Source of the DNA: a virus
Taxonomy: Duplodnaviria; Caudoviricetes
Direction: 5' to 3' (one strand)
Length of the DNA stretch: 30,277 nucleotides
Virus record (IMG/VR): IMGVR_UViG_3300030330_006627
Coordinates: 1 to 30,277 of that record
Both the position numbers and the translations under genes were made by a program. This document shows positions 27,344 to 30,277 of the stretch, in pieces; within the stretch, counting starts at the first letter, position 1; each line of letters starts with the position of its first letter. Under the pieces are notes generated by a model. It searched no databases and was not told the origin of the DNA. It saw only the letters and a list, made by a program, of their open reading frames with translations.

Positions 27344-27372
27344 TTGTAAAAGGAAGATAAATGTTATATAAT
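27344..27372 (+). promoter_or_regulatory. Promoter motif TTGTAA-N17-TATAAT
   Basis: TTGTAA 27344-27349 and TATAAT 27367-27372; overlaps the start of ORF 27361. Confidence 0.55.
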
Positions 27373-27525
27373 TTTAAACAAGAAACATTTAAAATAATTA
27401 ATAAGGATAATCAATATAAATTATATCATCAAGCTGTTAATAAATGGTCTAAAGGATGGACTTATATTGGTTGTTTTAAAACACAAGATCTTGCAGAGAC
27501 TGCTGCAAAAAGATATACTCTATAA
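27361..27525 (+). CDS. Small AP2-domain-like protein (54 aa), missing from the ORF track
   Basis: AAGGA RBS; ...WTYIGCFKTQDLAETAAKRY resembles AP2 YLGxFxTxExAxxA. Confidence 0.55.
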   Translation: MLYNFKQETFKIINKDNQYKLYHQAVNKWSKGWTYIGCFKTQDLAETAAKRYTL

Positions 27526-27539
27526 AAAGGAATACTAAA

Positions 27540-27776
27540 ATGAGAATGAGAAGGTACAAGTTTACGATTGAAAAGAATGGATTGCGAGATTATGATGCTG
27601 AAAATGTTAAATATGTTTTTGGATCTTCATCACCTAGAGATGCTATTAGAAGAGTAGATAAGGTATTAAAAGATGCAAAGATTTCTGGTAAAAGACTTTC
27701 ATATTACGCAAAACAATTCTTAGAAGCTGTCGCTATTTCTGCTCAAACTGATCTTTACGAAGAAGAAGAATGCTAA
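27540..27776 (+). CDS. Hypothetical protein
   Basis: AAGGA RBS, 78 aa, overlaps the ligase start. Confidence 0.75.
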   Translation: MRMRRYKFTIEKNGLRDYDAENVKYVFGSSSPRDAIRRVDKVLKDAKISGKRLSYYAKQFLEAVAISAQTDLYEEEEC

Positions 27777-29074
27777 ACTTAGAAAAAGTAAATACATTTT
27801 TAGAAGATATGAATAGAACTACATCTTCTAATAACAAAATAGAAATTATTAGAAACTGTGAAAAGGATATAAAAAAACTGTTGTACTATACGTATAACAA
27901 CTTCCTTCAGTTTAACATTAAACCAAAAAATTTAGAAAAAAATATTTCTTTATGTAATAAATATACAAAGTTTAATGATCTGTTTGATCTCCTTGACTCA
28001 CTAAATCATAGATTAATTACAGGTCATAAAGCTATAGAAGAAGTAAACGGATTTATTCTAAACAACAAAGAATATAAAGATTTATTTTATTTAATTCTTG
28101 AAAGAAATCTAAAAATTAGAGCTTCAGTTAAATTAATAAACAAAGCAATTCCAGGACTTATTCCAACTTTTAATGTAGCTTTAGCAAATAAATTTGATGA
28201 AAAAACAAAAAAGAAAGTTGATTTAGAGAAAGATGTTTGGTATGTATCAAGAAAACTTGACGGTGTTCGTTGCCTTATTGTGGTCGACGAAAAAGGAAAA
28301 GCAAAATCATACTCAAGGGCAGGAAAACAATTTCATACACTATCCTTGGTAGAAAAAGAAATTGAATCACTTGGCTTTAAGAATGTAGTTTATGATGGAG
28401 AAATGTGTATTGTTGACAACAACAATGATGAAGATTTCCAAAGTATAATGAAAGAAATAAATAGAAAAAACCACACAATTCAAAATGGTTTGTTTCAAGT
28501 ATTTGACTATATTCCTTATAGAATGTTTAGTAAAGGCTATGGTGAAACTGGTACACTTTCTCAAAGAATAATGGCATTAAGTAATGTTATATACGACACG
28601 AACATAGATTTAAAGCACGTTAGACTTTTATCACAGATACCTATAAACAATTGGGATGAATTTAATGAATTAAACAGCAAAGCTTTAGATCTTGGTTGGG
28701 AAGGTCTTATGTTAAGAAAAAACGACTTGTACAAAGGTAAAAGATCTAATGATATTTTAAAAGTAAAAATGTTTCATGATGATGAGTATATAGTAGAAGG
28801 AGCAAACTTTGGACCTTTCAGATATGTTAGTGAAGGAAAAGAAGTAGAAGAAGATATGCTAACTGCTGTAACTATAAAGCATAAAGGAAATGTAGTTAGT
28901 GTAGGAAGTGGTTTTACTATAGAACAAAGAAAAAGTTTTTATAAATTACCTTTAGAAATTATTGGAAAAACAATAACAGTTCAATACTTTGAAGAGTCTC
29001 AAAATCAAAATGGAGAATATTCCTTAAGATTTCCAGTTATAAAGGCTATTTATGATAAAAAAAGAGAAACTTAA
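27770..29074 (+). CDS. lig: ATP-dependent DNA ligase
   Basis: RKLDGVR, YDGE, VFD, WEGLMLR, LKVK; OB-fold VGSGF and SLRFP. Confidence 0.95.
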   Translation: MLNLEKVNTFLEDMNRTTSSNNKIEIIRNCEKDIKKLLYYTYNNFLQFNIKPKNLEKNISLCNKYTKFNDLFDLLDSLNHRLITGHKAIEEVNGFILNNKEYKDLFYLILERNLKIRASVKLINKAIPGLIPTFNVALANKFDEKTKKKVDLEKDVWYVSRKLDGVRCLIVVDEKGKAKSYSRAGKQFHTLSLVEKEIESLGFKNVVYDGEMCIVDNNNDEDFQSIMKEINRKNHTIQNGLFQVFDYIPYRMFSKGYGETGTLSQRIMALSNVIYDTNIDLKHVRLLSQIPINNWDEFNELNSKALDLGWEGLMLRKNDLYKGKRSNDILKVKMFHDDEYIVEGANFGPFRYVSEGKEVEEDMLTAVTIKHKGNVVSVGSGFTIEQRKSFYKLPLEIIGKTITVQYFEESQNQNGEYSLRFPVIKAIYDKKRET

Positions 29075-29079
29075 AAATT

Positions 29080-29277
29080 ATGAAAAATAAAATAAAAGAA
29101 TGGGATTATATCTTTACAGACATAAAACCTCAAGATAAAGACTATATATATATGACTAATTTATCATCAAACGTATTAGTTCATAAAAAATATATAAATG
29201 CTTATGCTAAAGATGGTTATAAAGAAGGTTATTGTAAACCTTATACTCATTGTAGAAAAGAAAATGAATGTGAGTAG
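29080..29277 (+). CDS. Hypothetical protein
   Basis: 65-aa ORF right after the ligase. Confidence 0.6.
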   Translation: MKNKIKEWDYIFTDIKPQDKDYIYMTNLSSNVLVHKKYINAYAKDGYKEGYCKPYTHCRKENECE

Positions 29278-29443
29278 CAATATTAGAAAAGGCGATTTAT
29301 GTATGTACTATAATATTCCTGTAATAGTTTTAGAAATAATTCATAAATATAACTCTTTTATTCAAGAAGAAAGTACTTCTTATCTTTGTTTATTTCATAA
29401 TGGAGTAGATACAGTACCAGAAACTGCTCTAAGGAAAATATAA
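29264..29443 (+). CDS. Small SH3-like hypothetical (start revised to MNVSS)
   Basis: KGDLC...IPVIVLE...YLCLF; paralogue of the next ORF. Confidence 0.65.
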   Translation: MNVSSNIRKGDLCMYYNIPVIVLEIIHKYNSFIQEESTSYLCLFHNGVDTVPETALRKI

Positions 29444-29641
29444 ATGACGTCTCATTATAAAATGAAATTAGGTACTTTATGCTTAGCAACAGTTTCAGCA
29501 AGTACTAGTGTAGAAGATATACCTGTAATAATAATTGGAGATAAAAGCTATAAAAATCATAAAGTTTATATGTGTTTATTTCCAAATTTAGTTATAGCAG
29601 GAATCCACACTCTACTACTAAAAGACATTACAGTTAAATAA
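29444..29641 (+). CDS. Small SH3-like hypothetical
   Basis: LGTLC...IPVIIIG...YMCLF. Confidence 0.65.
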   Translation: MTSHYKMKLGTLCLATVSASTSVEDIPVIIIGDKSYKNHKVYMCLFPNLVIAGIHTLLLKDITVK

Positions 29642-29645
29642 TATT

Positions 29646-29670
29646 GCCAGCTTAATAAGCTGGTTTTTTT
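29646..29670 (+). terminator. Rho-independent terminator
   Basis: CCAGCTT-AAT-AAGCTGG stem-loop followed by T7, directly after the stop at 29641. Confidence 0.88.
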
Positions 29671-29786
29671 GTATTTATATTTCGTCCTAGGTTTGACGAA
29701 ACAAAGTGTTTATATAACAAGTAAATTAAATTTTTATATAATATAACAATATAAATTATATTTACTATATAAAGACAGGGGTTTTC

Positions 29787-30277
29787 ATGAATAAACATTT
29801 TTTGGAAAACATATATAGAGAAATTTTAAATGAAGCTATTTTAGATCAAACAACTTTTTTAAAAAAGCTAGTATCTATTGCAAACAAAAAAGAAGAAAAG
29901 ATAAGAGATAGTATAGAAAACAATGAAGAATCTGATAAAGTTTCATTTGGATTAATAACAAATAAAATTAAAGAGTTAACAAAAAGTACTAATTTATTTG
30001 ATCTTACAGGCTCTGAAAATAAAAAAGCAAGAAAAGCTGCAGAGCTAAGAATTCATAAAAAATTAAAAAAAATAAAAGGAATAAACGATACTCCGATTGA
30101 TTTAAAGCTAATTAGACCTTTTTATGATAGTATTATTAGATTTTTACAAGAAAAAAAAGACTTACCCGTTGATTTGATTGACGATGCAATAAAAGTATCA
30201 GATTACTATATGAAAGAATTTTATACTATTGCTGACAAAAAAGAAAAAGAAATAATAGATAAAGGCAAGTTCGATTT
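29787..30277 (+). CDS. Hypothetical protein, 3'-truncated by the window edge
   Basis: AGGGG RBS; MNKHFLENIYREILNEAILDQ...; runs off the window end. Confidence 0.75.
   Translation, partial: MNKHFLENIYREILNEAILDQTTFLKKLVSIANKKEEKIRDSIENNEESDKVSFGLITNKIKELTKSTNLFDLTGSENKKARKAAELRIHKKLKKIKGINDTPIDLKLIRPFYDSIIRFLQEKKDLPVDLIDDAIKVSDYYMKEFYTIADKKEKEIIDKGKFD

Larger units (their letters stand above)
1..30277. mobile_element. Segment of a large tailed bacteriophage genome (jumbo-type)
   Basis: Dense co-directional short hypotheticals; stand-alone GroEL, sigma70, 5'-3' exonuclease, ATP-dependent ligase, SNase, MoxR/VWA; AGGA/GAGG RBS; no bacterial housekeeping synteny. No structural genes in the window, so this is inference. 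Confidence 0.85.

Noticed and set aside
15306-28564. Shadow ORFs 15306, 16179, 16752 (+) and 17585, 20000, 25304, 28367 (-)
   Set aside because: They lie antisense to well-supported genes and have no RBS or motifs.
1-30277. Alternative genetic code (TAG/TGA recoding)
   Set aside because: Conserved enzymes are intact in standard code, and TAG/TGA stops coincide with the next gene starts. Read-through of TAG 2171-2173 hits TAA within 9 codons.
1-30277. Eukaryotic giant virus or organelle origin
   Set aside because: Shine-Dalgarno sites, translational coupling, sigma70 and -35/-10 promoters indicate a bacterial-type expression system.
1-30277. CRISPR array, tRNA or rRNA genes
   Set aside because: No regularly spaced direct repeats and no GC-rich cloverleaf-like segment seen; intergenic gaps are short and AT-rich.

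Overview
Very AT-rich, densely coding segment, almost all on the + strand, with Shine-Dalgarno sites and ATGA/TAATG gene overlaps in standard genetic code. It is best read as part of a large (jumbo-type) tailed bacteriophage genome. Recognisable genes: 5'-3' exonuclease, GroEL-like chaperonin, sigma70-family factor, tandem protein-kinase-like protein, HxGH nucleotidyltransferase, a KxDG ligase-like fusion, thermonuclease, IMPDH/GMP reductase-family enzyme with purA and purB, SLT-like lytic enzyme, HExxH peptidase, RadA/Sms-core ATPase, MoxR AAA+/VWA pair and ATP-dependent DNA ligase. Main leads: (1) the sigma factor lacks region 4.2, an overlapping stand-alone HTH gene follows it, and about 11 promoters share a non-canonical (G/T)TGTAA-N17/18-TATAAT motif; (2) a probable GMP->IMP->AMP shunt; (3) a lipoprotein with an aerolysin-like tip at the centre of a roughly 2x120-residue Ser/Thr hairpin; (4) repeated (L/I)xE leaders that split several proteins into modules, suggesting virion-packaged, protease-matured cargo. 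All calls are by-eye motif recognition; no searches were run.
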